Made by a program: the position numbers and the translations under genes. From contig JAZNSQ010000019.1 in assembly GCA_045591265.1 (NCBI GenBank), positions 102,531 through 166,530 of the forward strand: DNA of 64,000 nucleotides. Direction: 5' to 3'. This document shows, piece by piece, positions 36,382 to 46,594 of this stretch; positions within the stretch are counted from its first letter, which is position 1; each line of letters starts with the position of its first letter. This DNA comes from Clostridia bacterium. GTDB lineage: Bacteria > Bacillota > Clostridia > UMGS1883. The notes below the pieces were generated by a model. The model had not been told where the DNA came from, made no database searches, and saw only the letters and a program-made list of their open reading frames with translations.

Positions 36382-36977
36382 AAACCGTGGCAAAAAATAA
36401 AACGTTTATATTGGCATCTAAATCACCCAGAAGAAAAGAGCTTCTTTACAGTATTGGTATAAAAGCAGAGATTATCCCTTCAAATGTGGATGAGTCAAAA
36501 GTTATTGGACTTTCTCCCGAGAAAATGGTGACAGAGCTTGCAATGCTTAAAACAACTGACGTTGCAAGGTCCTTTCGCGGGGACACTATAGTTATCGGTG
36601 CAGATACGTGTGTGTGCATTGAAGGTAGAATACTCGGGAAACCTCAAAACATTGAGGACGCAAAAAATATGCTTTCTTCCTTAAGCGGAAGAACGCACGA
36701 GGTTTATACGGGCTATTGTGTTTGCGACTGTAAAAGCGGAGTGTGCATTTCAAAATGTGAAAAAACGCTTGTTACCTTTAAAACGCTTACGGAGGATGAG
36801 ATTTCTCTCTACGTTAAAACGCGTGAGCCGATGGATAAGGCGGGTGCATACGGTATTCAGGGAAAGGGTGCAGTGTTTGTTGAAAAAATCGATGGTGATT
36901 ATGCAAATGTTGTGGGACTTCCCTTATGCGCACTTTCAAAGCTTTTAAACGAGGAATTTAACGTAGATATTTTTTAA
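36378..36977 (+). CDS. maf: Maf nucleotide pyrophosphatase
   Basis: LASKSPRR, GADT, LGKP, DKAGAYGIQ, NVVGLP. Confidence 0.95.
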   Translation: MKTVAKNKTFILASKSPRRKELLYSIGIKAEIIPSNVDESKVIGLSPEKMVTELAMLKTTDVARSFRGDTIVIGADTCVCIEGRILGKPQNIEDAKNMLSSLSGRTHEVYTGYCVCDCKSGVCISKCEKTLVTFKTLTEDEISLYVKTREPMDKAGAYGIQGKGAVFVEKIDGDYANVVGLPLCALSKLLNEEFNVDIF

Positions 36978-36990
36978 AGAGGTTGGTTTT

Positions 36991-37806
36991 ATGAAAAAGT
37001 TTTTTACTAAAAAAGTAATACTTCTCTTATCTTTAACCTTAATAGTAGCGCTCATCTCTTTTATATCAGTTAAAACGGGGACAAGTGCCGTTTCAAACAC
37101 TGTGGGCGTTGTTATTGCACCTGTTCAAAAGGTTTTTGCAAGCGGTATAAGGGTTATTAAAAATGCGGGGGAGAACATTTTAAATTCCTCCAAAAATGCG
37201 AAAGAGAATGAAAAGCTTAATAAAAAAGTGCTTTCACTTCAAGACGAAATCCGTATGCTTGAGGGGTACAAAACAGAAAACGAAAGACTGCATGAGCTTC
37301 TGGAGCTTAAAAATGCAAGTGAGGAAATTACCTACACTGCGGCAAATATTATCGGCAAAAGCTCAAGCGATATAAATAGCCTTCTTACGATTGACAAAGG
37401 CTCAAAGGACGGGGTAAGAAAAAATAGTATTGTAAAAGTTCCCGAGGGGCTTGTCGGCGTTGTAAGTGAGGTCAGTTTAAATTATGCAAAGGTAAAGACA
37501 ATATTTGATGCCGAAAGCTCTGTAAGTGCAATTTGCGCGCGTTCCTCGGATATGGGTATTGTTGAGGGGAAATTAGGTGCTTCGGGCAAAAATACGTGCG
37601 TTATGAACTATATAGATACCGACTCAAAAATAGTAGTGGGGGACAGTATTGAAACAACGTCTGCAGGCGGAATTTTCCCAAGCGGTATATTTATCGGCAA
37701 GGTAAAGTCAATTAAAACCGATGAAAGAAATCTGTCACTTAATGCAGTCATTGAAGCAGGAGCTAAAATAAGTAACATTGACAAGGTTATGGTAAGTATT
37801 AACTAA
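36991..37806 (+). CDS. mreC: Rod shape-determining protein MreC
   Basis: TM, coiled coil (ENERL..LL), IDKGS.DGV, GLVG, GGIFP.GI.IG. Confidence 0.9.
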   Translation: MKKFFTKKVILLLSLTLIVALISFISVKTGTSAVSNTVGVVIAPVQKVFASGIRVIKNAGENILNSSKNAKENEKLNKKVLSLQDEIRMLEGYKTENERLHELLELKNASEEITYTAANIIGKSSSDINSLLTIDKGSKDGVRKNSIVKVPEGLVGVVSEVSLNYAKVKTIFDAESSVSAICARSSDMGIVEGKLGASGKNTCVMNYIDTDSKIVVGDSIETTSAGGIFPSGIFIGKVKSIKTDERNLSLNAVIEAGAKISNIDKVMVSIN

Positions 37807-37821
37807 AAAGGAGGGAGAAAA

Positions 37822-38310
37822 ATGAATAAGGTAATTAAATTTTTACTTGTGTACGTAAGCTTTCTTTTGCAGTCACTCGTATTTTCCAATGTTAAAATCT
37901 TATCAGTTTCTCCCGATTTACTTGTAATTACAATTATTCTGGTTGCAATTTACTCTGAAAGCACTTTTGCTGCAATACTTGGGGCATTCGGGGGGCTTTT
38001 AGAAGACGTGATGTGCGGAGGCCTTTTTGGTGAAGGCTTAATTACATACGCCTATCTTGCACTCCTTTGCGCACTTTTAGTTGACAAGAAGAACCTAAAT
38101 TCCCCCATAATCATGGCGTGGATTTCATTTGTATGCACTGCTCTTTTTGAGATTTTTAGGGGGATTTTCTATATTGTTTTTTCTAAAGGAATGCCCGTTT
38201 CACATATAGGGAAAGCCATCCTTGTAAACGGAGTATTTTCAATAGTTGTGGCATTTTTAAGCGTTCTTATAATAGAAAAGATTAAAGAAAAAAAGGCGGT
38301 GAAACAGTGA
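37822..38310 (+). CDS. mreD: Rod shape-determining protein MreD
   Basis: Hydrophobic 162 aa, PDL, GLLED, between mreC and PBP2. Confidence 0.85.
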   Translation: MNKVIKFLLVYVSFLLQSLVFSNVKILSVSPDLLVITIILVAIYSESTFAAILGAFGGLLEDVMCGGLFGEGLITYAYLALLCALLVDKKNLNSPIIMAWISFVCTALFEIFRGIFYIVFSKGMPVSHIGKAILVNGVFSIVVAFLSVLIIEKIKEKKAVKQ

Positions 38311-40331
38311 AAAACAAAAGATACTCATTTTTAAATATTGTTCTTTTGGTTGTTTTCATGGTTTTTATCGGCAAGCTTATAAATCTGCAGGCGGTAAAAG
38401 GTGAGTACTACGAGAATAAAAGTGATGTGAGGACAACCAGATACGTTGAATTAATTGCTCCGAGGGGGCAGATTTTTGACCGTTACGGAAGATGCCTTGT
38501 GAAAAATAAAACGGGCTATAACCTTTACATTCAGTCAAACCTTAAAAATAAGAACAAGGGATTAAATAATCTAATCAGTAATCTTATAAAAGACATTCCT
38601 GACGCGGGAAGCTTTATGGCGGAATTAATCCCGATTAAATATGAAAACGGGGCGTACAGTTTTTCGGAAGGTAAAGAAAGAATAAAGCTGTGGAAAAAAC
38701 AAAACGGGTATGAAACTAAAGATACGGCAAAGGAAATTATAAAAAAGCTTGAGGAAAGGTATTTTTCGGAGGAAGATAATTTTACAAAGGAAGATGCGCT
38801 TCTTATTCTATCTGTAAGGCTTGATATGTCAAGACGCGGATTTTCTGTGTCATCGCCATATCTTTTTATGGAGGATGCAACGCTTTCGCAAATTTCAGTT
38901 ATAAAAGAGCAAAGCGAAAAGTTTTCTGACGTAAGCATTGTTGCGCAACCCGTAAGGGATTATCCGCATGGCTCACTTGCGGCGCACATTTTAGGAAGAG
39001 TGGGCGTTGTAAGTTATGACGAATATAATTCTTTTAAAGAAGACGGTTACACCATAAACTCAAACATTGGTAAAAACGGAATAGAAAAGTATCTTGAAGA
39101 CTATCTCCGCGGAGAAAATGGGACAGGCAGTATTGAGCAAAGTGAAAACGGCTACAGTATAAATCAGAAAATGGAAAAAGAGCCAGTTTCCGGGCGCGAT
39201 GTAACGCTTACAATAGACCTTGATTTGCAGCTTGCCTGCGAGGATGCCCTAAAAAGCACGATAGAGGAAATTAAAGGTGCAGGCGGTGACGGAGAAAATG
39301 CCGACAGCGGAAGCTTAATAGTTATCGATGTAAACACGGGTGAGGTGCTTGCAATGGCATCATACCCGTCATACGATATAGATTCTTTCAGCAAGAATTA
39401 CAACAATCTTTTAAATGACCCGTCAAAACCGCTTTTTAACCGTTCGCTTTCGGGAATTTATTCCCCAGGCTCAACATTTAAGCTTCTGGTGGCTTCGGCA
39501 GCACTTGAGGAAAATATAATTACCCCCGATGAGAGAATTTTTGATACGGGTAAATATAAATTCTTTACTGACTACCAGCCGTCTTGCTGGATATACTCGC
39601 AGACGGGTGCAACACACGGATATGTAAACGTAAGTGAGGCGATAAGGGATTCGTGTAACGTATTTTTCTATGACGTGGGAAGAAGACTCGGCATAGAAAA
39701 GATAAACAGCTACGCTGAAAAATTTGGCTTTGGTCAAAAAAGCGGGATTGAGCTTTCGGCAGAAGAAAAGGCAGGTGTAGTTGCAAGTCCCCAAAACAGA
39801 AAAAAGAGTGGTGGCATATGGTACCCCGGTGACGTCTGCCAGACGGCAATCGGGCAGTCGGATACGCTTGTTACTCCTCTTCAGCTTGCAAATTACATTG
39901 CAACCGTTGCAAACGGCGGAACAAGATATAAACCTCATATTATAAAATCTGTTAAAAATGCAAGCGGAAAAGAGTCTAAAGAAACCCAGCCTGAAGTGCT
40001 TAGCTATATCAATCTTAAACGCGAAAACTACGATGCCGTTTCAAAAGGAATACGAATGGTTGTAACAGAGGGTACGGGGCAAAGCGCCTTTTTGGGATGC
40101 AAAACGACAGTTGCTGCAAAAACGGGTAGTGCGCAAACCGCAAATGGTCAGACAAACGGAATTTGTGTTGCCCTTGCGCCTTACGAAAATCCCACAATTG
40201 CGGTAGCCTGCGTAATAGAAAAAGCAGGAAGCGGTTCAAAAACGGCAATTGCAATAAGAAAAATTGTTGACGCGTATTTTAGCAGTGAAGAAACTGAGAA
40301 TAGTGAAGGATTTAATAAACTGACAAAATAA
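38307..40331 (+). CDS. mrdA: Penicillin-binding protein 2 (class B)
   Basis: APRG.I.DR, PGSTFK (SxxK), SCN, KTG. Confidence 0.9.
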   Translation: MKNKRYSFLNIVLLVVFMVFIGKLINLQAVKGEYYENKSDVRTTRYVELIAPRGQIFDRYGRCLVKNKTGYNLYIQSNLKNKNKGLNNLISNLIKDIPDAGSFMAELIPIKYENGAYSFSEGKERIKLWKKQNGYETKDTAKEIIKKLEERYFSEEDNFTKEDALLILSVRLDMSRRGFSVSSPYLFMEDATLSQISVIKEQSEKFSDVSIVAQPVRDYPHGSLAAHILGRVGVVSYDEYNSFKEDGYTINSNIGKNGIEKYLEDYLRGENGTGSIEQSENGYSINQKMEKEPVSGRDVTLTIDLDLQLACEDALKSTIEEIKGAGGDGENADSGSLIVIDVNTGEVLAMASYPSYDIDSFSKNYNNLLNDPSKPLFNRSLSGIYSPGSTFKLLVASAALEENIITPDERIFDTGKYKFFTDYQPSCWIYSQTGATHGYVNVSEAIRDSCNVFFYDVGRRLGIEKINSYAEKFGFGQKSGIELSAEEKAGVVASPQNRKKSGGIWYPGDVCQTAIGQSDTLVTPLQLANYIATVANGGTRYKPHIIKSVKNASGKESKETQPEVLSYINLKRENYDAVSKGIRMVVTEGTGQSAFLGCKTTVAAKTGSAQTANGQTNGICVALAPYENPTIAVACVIEKAGSGSKTAIAIRKIVDAYFSSEETENSEGFNKLTK

Positions 40332-40342
40332 TGAGGTAGACT

Positions 40343-40927
40343 ATGGCGCTTATTAACGTTAAAGGAAATGGTGAAGAGATAATTCTTCACTTTTCAAAGG
40401 AAACTGCCAAAGATGAAATAGAAAATGATCTTTTAAGTCTTAAAGAGAAAAACGCCTCCTTTTTTACGGGTGAAAATATGTTCTTTTCTTATGAGGGAAT
40501 ATATCTAACGTATAAGGAAGAGGTGGAGCTTTCTTCTCTTATAGAAAAAGTGTTTCACGGCGCGCATCTTAAAAAGAAAAATATACTTACAGAGAAAGAG
40601 ATTTTACACAGTCTTTGTGATAATGAGACTCTTTGCAGTGTGTTTTACGGGTCAGTAAGAAGCGGTGAAAAAATCTGTGCGCGAGGTGATGTGCTTTTAT
40701 ACGGTGATGTAAATCCGGGTGCAGAAATTGAGGCAAAGGGTAATATAACAATTATTGGTGCGCTTCGCGGAAATGCCTGCACTGAAAAAGGACTGATTTT
40801 TGCGACTGAGATGATGCCCGCGCAAATAAGAATAGGTAAAAACATATCATATAATAAAAAGAACGAAAATGTCGGAACTTGTATTGCGAGGGAAGAAAAC
40901 GGCGAAATAATATTAGACCGTTTATAA
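40343..40927 (+). CDS. minC: Septum site-determining protein MinC
   Basis: VRSG...GDVNPGAE..A.GNI..G.LRG. Confidence 0.88.
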   Translation: MALINVKGNGEEIILHFSKETAKDEIENDLLSLKEKNASFFTGENMFFSYEGIYLTYKEEVELSSLIEKVFHGAHLKKKNILTEKEILHSLCDNETLCSVFYGSVRSGEKICARGDVLLYGDVNPGAEIEAKGNITIIGALRGNACTEKGLIFATEMMPAQIRIGKNISYNKKNENVGTCIAREENGEIILDRL

Positions 40928-40983
40928 AAATAGTGTAGACGGAGTATTCATTTTATGGTAAAATTATCTTGCGAGGTGAGAAA

Positions 40984-41763
40984 ATGGGCGAGATTATAGT
41001 TGTTACAAGCGGTAAGGGCGGAGTTGGTAAAACCACCACCACGGCAAACATAGGTGCGGCTCTTGCGCTTTTAGGGAAAAAAGTAGTAATGATAGATACT
41101 GACATCGGGCTTCGTAATCTTGATGTTATAATGGGTCTTGAAAACAGAATAGTTTATGACCTTGTAGATGTGGTTGAAAATAAGTGCGACTACACAAAGG
41201 CGCTTGTCCGTGACCGCCGTTTTGAAAATCTTTTTCTTCTTCCTGCGGCACAGTCACGCGATAAAAGTGCAGTGACCACAACGCAGATGAAGCATCTCAT
41301 TAGAAAAATTGAGGATAGCTTTGATTACATACTGATTGACTGCCCCGCAGGAATTGAGCAGGGCTTTGAAAATGCAGTGGCTGCAGCAAAAAAGGCGATT
41401 GTTGTTGCTATGCCCGAGGTTTCAAGCGTGCGTGATGCTGACAGAATTATTGGACTTCTTGAAAAGCACGACATAAAGGATATAAAGCTTGTTATAAATA
41501 AGCTCCGTCCCAAAATGGTTGACAAGGGGAGTATGCTTGGAATAGAAGATATGCTTGAGATACTTGCAATAGACCTCCTTGGCGTTGTTCCCGATGATGA
41601 GGATATTATAATATCTGCAAATAAGGGAGAGTATGTTTCGCTTTTAGAAAAATCAATTGCAGGACAAGCTTATAAGAATATTGCATCAAGGCTTGACGGA
41701 AAAGAAATTCCGCTTGTAAAATTTAAAAAACCCTTTTTGACAAAATTGTTTAAAAGGGGGTAG
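40984..41763 (+). CDS. minD: Septum site-determining ATPase MinD
   Basis: SGKGGVGKTT, DIGLRNLD, DCPAGIE, SVRDADR, amphipathic C-terminus. Confidence 0.96.
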   Translation: MGEIIVVTSGKGGVGKTTTTANIGAALALLGKKVVMIDTDIGLRNLDVIMGLENRIVYDLVDVVENKCDYTKALVRDRRFENLFLLPAAQSRDKSAVTTTQMKHLIRKIEDSFDYILIDCPAGIEQGFENAVAAAKKAIVVAMPEVSSVRDADRIIGLLEKHDIKDIKLVINKLRPKMVDKGSMLGIEDMLEILAIDLLGVVPDDEDIIISANKGEYVSLLEKSIAGQAYKNIASRLDGKEIPLVKFKKPFLTKLFKRG

Positions 41764-41769
41764 CGTTAT

Positions 41770-42015
41770 ATGAGAAAGCTTTTTTTTAATATAGCGCATT
41801 CCTCTAAAAACGATGCAAAGAAAAGACTTAACGCGCTTCTTTCAAAAGAGCGCGAGGAAATACTTCAAAGTAATAAAACAGAGAAACTGATAAAAGAGAT
41901 AAAAGCGGTGCTTTTAAAATATACCAAGGAAAATGCCCCGCAACCAACCGTTAAAGCTAATCTTTCGGGAGAAAAGCTGACGCTTAATTTAACATTATCT
42001 CTGAAGGCAAGGTAG
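41770..42015 (+). CDS. minE: MinE-like topological specificity factor (divergent)
   Basis: S...AK.RL..LL..ER motif, position after minD. Confidence 0.7.
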   Translation: MRKLFFNIAHSSKNDAKKRLNALLSKEREEILQSNKTEKLIKEIKAVLLKYTKENAPQPTVKANLSGEKLTLNLTLSLKAR

Positions 42016-42037
42016 ATAGGCAAAAGGAGAGCAGAAG

Positions 42038-42454
42038 ATGAACATTGCATTAATTGCACATGATAGAAAAAAAGAGCTTATGGTACAGTTTTGCATAGCA
42101 TATAAAGGCATTTTGGGAAAGCATAATCTTTGTGCTACTGCAAAAACGGGAGGGGTTATAAGCGAGGAAACAGGTCTTGAGGTAACTTGCTTTATGACAG
42201 GCTCTGAAGGTGGCTCACAACAGATCGGTGCACATATTGCGTATGACGAAATAGACGCAGTTATCTGTTTTCGTGACCCTCTTACTCCACAGCCCAATGA
42301 CCCTGACTATCAGGAAATATTCAGGCTCTGCGATGTGCATAACATCCCTCTTGCCACAAATATTGCTATGGCGGAGGTTTTAATTCACGGTCTCGAGCGC
42401 GGTGACCTTGAGTGGCGTGATATAATAAATCCCGACAAGCACAAATCCTTTTAA
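42038..42454 (+). CDS. mgsA: Methylglyoxal synthase
   Basis: [28 protein letters not shown]. Confidence 0.92.
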   Translation: MNIALIAHDRKKELMVQFCIAYKGILGKHNLCATAKTGGVISEETGLEVTCFMTGSEGGSQQIGAHIAYDEIDAVICFRDPLTPQPNDPDYQEIFRLCDVHNIPLATNIAMAEVLIHGLERGDLEWRDIINPDKHKSF

Positions 42455-42467
42455 AAGGAAGATTAAT

Positions 42468-43649
42468 ATGAGTTTAAACGAAACACCATCCTCACAAAGA
42501 ATACATATAGGATTTTTTGGACGAAGAAATGTGGGAAAATCAAGCTTGGTTAACGCCTTTACAGGGCAGAGTATGTCGGTTGTATCCGATGTGCTTGGAA
42601 CTACCACAGACCCCGTAAGTAAAGCTATGGAGCTTTTGCCCCTTGGTCCCGTTCTCATTATTGATACCCCAGGCATTGATGACGAGGGAAAGGTGGGGGC
42701 GCTTCGCGTAAAGCGCAGTGAGGAAATTTTAAAAAGAGTTGACGTGGCGGTTTTAGTCTGTGACGGTGCTTTGGGAATAACAAAGCACGAAGAAGAGCTT
42801 ATCCGCACTTTTAAAGAAAAAAATATCTCATACATAGTTGTATATAACAAAGCAGACACTGTAGAAAAAAGAGAAAAGGATGTTTTCTACGTAAGCGCTA
42901 AAGACGGGGAAAACATAAATCTTCTTAAAGAAAAAATTGCAAAAATAATTCCGCAAAAAGAAAAAACCTCCATTTTAGGAGGAATTGTAAATAAGGGCGA
43001 TTTTGTAGTTTTAGTAACCCCGATTGATGAATCTGCGCCAAAGGGAAGGCTTATCCTTCCGCAACAGCAAGTTATCCGAGAACTTTTAGATATCGGTGCA
43101 ATAGCCGTTGTGACAGGGGTGGAGGAACTTTCCAAAGCACTTGAAAAAATAAAGCCAAGCCTTGTTATAACTGACAGTCAGGCGTTTAAAAAAGTCGCAC
43201 AAATCGTGCCCGAAAATACAATTCTTACGTCGTTTTCAATTCTTATGGCAAATTATAAAGGCTTTTTAGAAAGCGCAGTTGAAGGTGTAAAGGAGCTTTC
43301 AAAGCTTAAAGATAACGACAAGGTTTTAATTTGTGAGGGTTGTACTCATCACAGACAATGTAACGATATAGGAAGCGTAAAGCTTCCTAAGTGGATTTTG
43401 GAATTTACAAATAAAAAATTGGAATTTACAAATACTGCAGGGAGAGATTTTCCCGAAGATTTAAGTAATTACTCACTCGTCATTCACTGCGGGGGTTGTA
43501 TGATAACAGACAGAGAAGTAAAGGAAAGGCTTAATTCTTCCCAAAAACAAAAAATTCCATTTACGAATTACGGCATTGTGATTGCCCACATAAACGGAAT
43601 TTTAAAGAGAAGTATTGAGGTTTTTCCAAGCCTTTACGAAAAAATATGA
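42468..43649 (+). CDS. hydF: [FeFe]-hydrogenase maturation GTPase HydF
   Basis: GRRNVGKSS, GTTTDPV, APKGRLILPQ, CTHH, HCGGCM. Confidence 0.93.
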   Translation: MSLNETPSSQRIHIGFFGRRNVGKSSLVNAFTGQSMSVVSDVLGTTTDPVSKAMELLPLGPVLIIDTPGIDDEGKVGALRVKRSEEILKRVDVAVLVCDGALGITKHEEELIRTFKEKNISYIVVYNKADTVEKREKDVFYVSAKDGENINLLKEKIAKIIPQKEKTSILGGIVNKGDFVVLVTPIDESAPKGRLILPQQQVIRELLDIGAIAVVTGVEELSKALEKIKPSLVITDSQAFKKVAQIVPENTILTSFSILMANYKGFLESAVEGVKELSKLKDNDKVLICEGCTHHRQCNDIGSVKLPKWILEFTNKKLEFTNTAGRDFPEDLSNYSLVIHCGGCMITDREVKERLNSSQKQKIPFTNYGIVIAHINGILKRSIEVFPSLYEKI

Positions 43650-43651
43650 AA

Positions 43652-44164
43652 TTAATGAACTGTAACCTGTAAGTCATGCGGATTGATGACATAAAGGGTG
43701 CGGTTCATTTTTTTTGCATATCTCACGGTGTAAGCCGTGCCACCCGAAAAAGTGCCGTTCCAAAGGCAGATGACGGCGGATGAATTATCCACCATATACT
43801 GATTGCGTGTAAGCATACAGCTTTTGGTATAGATGGGGCTTATCAATGTTTTTGTGCTGCATTTTTTTAAAAGCTTATTATATATTTTTTTGTCGCTTTC
43901 ATTCCATAACTCCGCCTGATTAGGGCAGGGAATAACGGCATGAAGACGGATATTTGGATTTTTTTTCGCTTTTTTTATAATCAGCTCTGCTGCGAAGGTA
44001 TCAAAGCCAAGCGCCATTCCCGAGTAAAAATCAGTATAACCCTCTTTTATTAAATCATCAATTAAATTTTCAAGAATTTTAATCATTTTTTTATGCCGCG
44101 CGTCATTTCTGTTATTCCCCCAGGGAAGCTGTTTTGGTCTGTGACCTGTAAAACAACAATTCAT
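43652..44164 (-). CDS. SLOG-superfamily DUF1273/YspA-like protein
   Basis: CCFTGHRP, SGMALGFD, RNQYMVD, GGTAYTV.YA. Confidence 0.85.
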   Translation of the reverse strand: MNCCFTGHRPKQLPWGNNRNDARHKKMIKILENLIDDLIKEGYTDFYSGMALGFDTFAAELIIKKAKKNPNIRLHAVIPCPNQAELWNESDKKIYNKLLKKCSTKTLISPIYTKSCMLTRNQYMVDNSSAVICLWNGTFSGGTAYTVRYAKKMNRTLYVINPHDLQVTVH

Positions 44165-44212
44165 ATTTATCACAACCTTTATCCCATTATAACACATCTT
44201 TTCAGAAAATGC

Positions 44213-44224
44213 AAACAAATGTTC
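44213..44224 (-). promoter_or_regulatory. Possible LexA (SOS) box overlapping -35 of SLOG gene promoter
   Basis: minus strand GAAC-ATTT-GTTT; promoter TTGCAT-17-TATAAT at 44186-44214. Confidence 0.45.
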
Positions 44225-44285
44225 GAAAATTTTTATGTATAATTTTTAAGAATTTACCTATAATGAAAGTGAAGGAGTTGAGAAT

Positions 44286-44498
44286 ATGGATAATACAGCT
44301 TTAGTAATTGCAATTATCGGTGCAATCAATTGGGGCTCAATCGGACTTTTCGGCGTTGACCTTGTTGCAACACTTTTCGGTGGGCAGGCATCAGTTTTAA
44401 GCAGAATTATATATACTGTCGTTGGTATTGCAGGCTTATGGTGTATAACTCTTTTATTCAAAGAAAAAATTCCTGTAAAGGATGCCCGTTCTCACTAA
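44286..44498 (+). CDS. DUF378 small membrane protein
   Basis: IIGAINWG.IG.F..DLVA...SRIIY..VG. Confidence 0.85.
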   Translation: MDNTALVIAIIGAINWGSIGLFGVDLVATLFGGQASVLSRIIYTVVGIAGLWCITLLFKEKIPVKDARSH

Positions 44499-44523
44499 AA
44501 AATAAAGATGCCTGTTGGCATCT

Positions 44524-45096
44524 TTATTTTTTTCTCTTTTTTTTCTTGACGGAAAATCCAAAATTTCCGATATGCTTTCCAAGCTCATAGTAGCTTCCGT
44601 GCATAAAGGCGATAAGATTTGCCTTCCAAAGTGTTATCCTGCCGTTTTTATCAATGAGAGAATCATCTACATTAACAGAAACAATTTCCGAAATAAAACA
44701 GTCGTGAGTGCCTAAGGAAAGCTTTTCTTTAACCTTGCATTCGATATTTACGGGGCATTCGGAAATTAAGGGGGCATTTTTCAGCATCCCTTTTTGCGCG
44801 GTTAAGTGAAATTCTTTGAATTTATCAATATCGCGCCCGCTTTTAACCCCGCAGGTGTCGCAGACAGAAGCTAAATTTTTTGGCACAAGGTTAATTACAA
44901 ATTCGCCCGTTTTTTCAATTATATCGTAAGAATATCGCTCTTTCCTTACAGATATATAGGTAATCGGGGGATTAGTACACATAGTGCCTGTCCACGCGAC
45001 TGTAATTATATTGTTTTTCTCCCCATCGCCGCATGATACCATTACGGGCGGAACAGGAGACAAAATAGCATTTCCCTTAAATGTGGTTTTACTCAT
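44524..45096 (-). CDS. Flavin reductase-like protein
   Basis: PVP..VSC, NIITVAW, R.S....GEFVIN, CG..SGRD.DK, LGTHD.F. Confidence 0.85.
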   Translation of the reverse strand: MSKTTFKGNAILSPVPPVMVSCGDGEKNNIITVAWTGTMCTNPPITYISVRKERYSYDIIEKTGEFVINLVPKNLASVCDTCGVKSGRDIDKFKEFHLTAQKGMLKNAPLISECPVNIECKVKEKLSLGTHDCFISEIVSVNVDDSLIDKNGRITLWKANLIAFMHGSYYELGKHIGNFGFSVKKKKRKK

Positions 45097-45104
45097 AAAT
45101 TCAC

Positions 45105-45776
45105 CTATATAACATAAAAGAATATGCAGAAAAAGTGCATAAGGCTTGCTAAATCAACAAACAGATGGAATAGGGAATGGACATAGCATTTTTTCTTGCC
45201 GATGCCGTAAAGAACTGCGCCTATTGTATAAAGAATTCCGCCAAGTGCAAGAAAAACAATCCCGCCTGTGCCGATTGCCTGATATGTTACCTTCATAAAT
45301 GCGATTATGCACCAACCCATAAGGATATAACAAATCATAGAAAATTTTTTGTACTTATTTAAGTCAATCGCAGTAAATGTTGTTGCAATCGCAGTAAGTG
45401 ACCAGACAATGCCGAATATAAGCCACGCGATAAAGGGATTTTCTTTTCTGATTGCACATAACACAATAGGTGTATAGGTTCCGGCAATCATAAAGTATAT
45501 AGCGCAGTGGTCAATTACCTGAAGTACTTTTTTGGCAGTTGAATCAGGGAGCCCGTGATAAATGCTTGACACCGTAAAAAGCGTTATTAAACAAATTCCG
45601 TAAACAAAAGAAGAAATAACGCCGATAATACTATTGTGAAGGATAGAAAATATCACACACAAAATAAGATATATTACACCAAGTCCCCCACCTACGATAT
45701 GAGTTGTCATATTGATTGATTCTTCCCTTTTTGTATAAATGGGAAGTATTCTGTCAGCAAGTCTTGTTCTTTTCAT
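45105..45776 (-). CDS. Hemolysin III / PAQR membrane protein
   Basis: EESIN..TH, SS.YH, DH.AIY..IAGTYTP, H..FH.FV. Confidence 0.88.
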   Translation of the reverse strand: MKRTRLADRILPIYTKREESINMTTHIVGGGLGVIYLILCVIFSILHNSIIGVISSFVYGICLITLFTVSSIYHGLPDSTAKKVLQVIDHCAIYFMIAGTYTPIVLCAIRKENPFIAWLIFGIVWSLTAIATTFTAIDLNKYKKFSMICYILMGWCIIAFMKVTYQAIGTGGIVFLALGGILYTIGAVLYGIGKKKCYVHSLFHLFVDLASLMHFFCIFFYVI

Positions 45777-45787
45777 ATTCTACCTCA

Positions 45788-46543
45788 TTATTCACCCAAA
45801 AGATCATCCATATTGTAAAGACCCGGGTTTTTTCCTACTAAAAAGAGTGCTGCCCTGATTGCGCCAACAGCAAAAATTTCTTTACTTGTCGCAGTGTGCT
45901 TTATTTCTATTATCTCATCATTTCCGCAAAATAACACATCATGCTCGCCAACAATTGTTCCGCCGCGAACCGCGTGAATACCGATTTCGTTTTTGCTTCT
46001 CTTTTTCCTTGAACTGTGACGGTCATAGACATAGTTATTGTCAGAAGGAATAGAGGAGTTTATTGCATCCGCAATAGCAAGTGCCGTTCCGCTTGGAGCA
46101 TCGATTTTCTGGTTGTGATGCTTTTCAATTATTTCGATATCAAAATTTTCATAAAGGAGTGTTGCCGCCTTTTTTGCAAGCTTTATAATGAGGTTAACGC
46201 CAAGACTCATATTGGCACTGAAAAATACAGGCGTAGATTTTGATGCCTCATAGAGGCTTTCCATCTGCGATTTGTCAAGCCCTGTTGTGCAAACAACGAT
46301 GGGCTTTTTATTTTTTATTGCATAGGAGAGAGAGCCTTCAAGAGAAAGGGGATGAGAAAAGTCAATAATAACATCTGAGTCCTCTTTAGCATCTTCAAAG
46401 CTTTTATATACCGGTACGCCATTTTTCTCCTCGGTATTTATATCTACACCAAATGAAATTTCAGAGGAAGGGTTACCTTCTAAAGTTTTGCAGATAACCT
46501 GTCCCATTTTTCCGTTTATTCCTACGAGTGCAATTTTAATCAT
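45788..46543 (-). CDS. dapB: 4-hydroxy-tetrahydrodipicolinate reductase
   Basis: G..GKMG, IDFS, CTTG, EKHHNQKIDAPSGTA. Confidence 0.96.
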   Translation of the reverse strand: MIKIALVGINGKMGQVICKTLEGNPSSEISFGVDINTEEKNGVPVYKSFEDAKEDSDVIIDFSHPLSLEGSLSYAIKNKKPIVVCTTGLDKSQMESLYEASKSTPVFFSANMSLGVNLIIKLAKKAATLLYENFDIEIIEKHHNQKIDAPSGTALAIADAINSSIPSDNNYVYDRHSSRKKRSKNEIGIHAVRGGTIVGEHDVLFCGNDEIIEIKHTATSKEIFAVGAIRAALFLVGKNPGLYNMDDLLGE

Positions 46544-46594
46544 AAATATCACCATCACTTGTAAAGGGCTGTTAAAAAACAGCCCTTAAAAATT

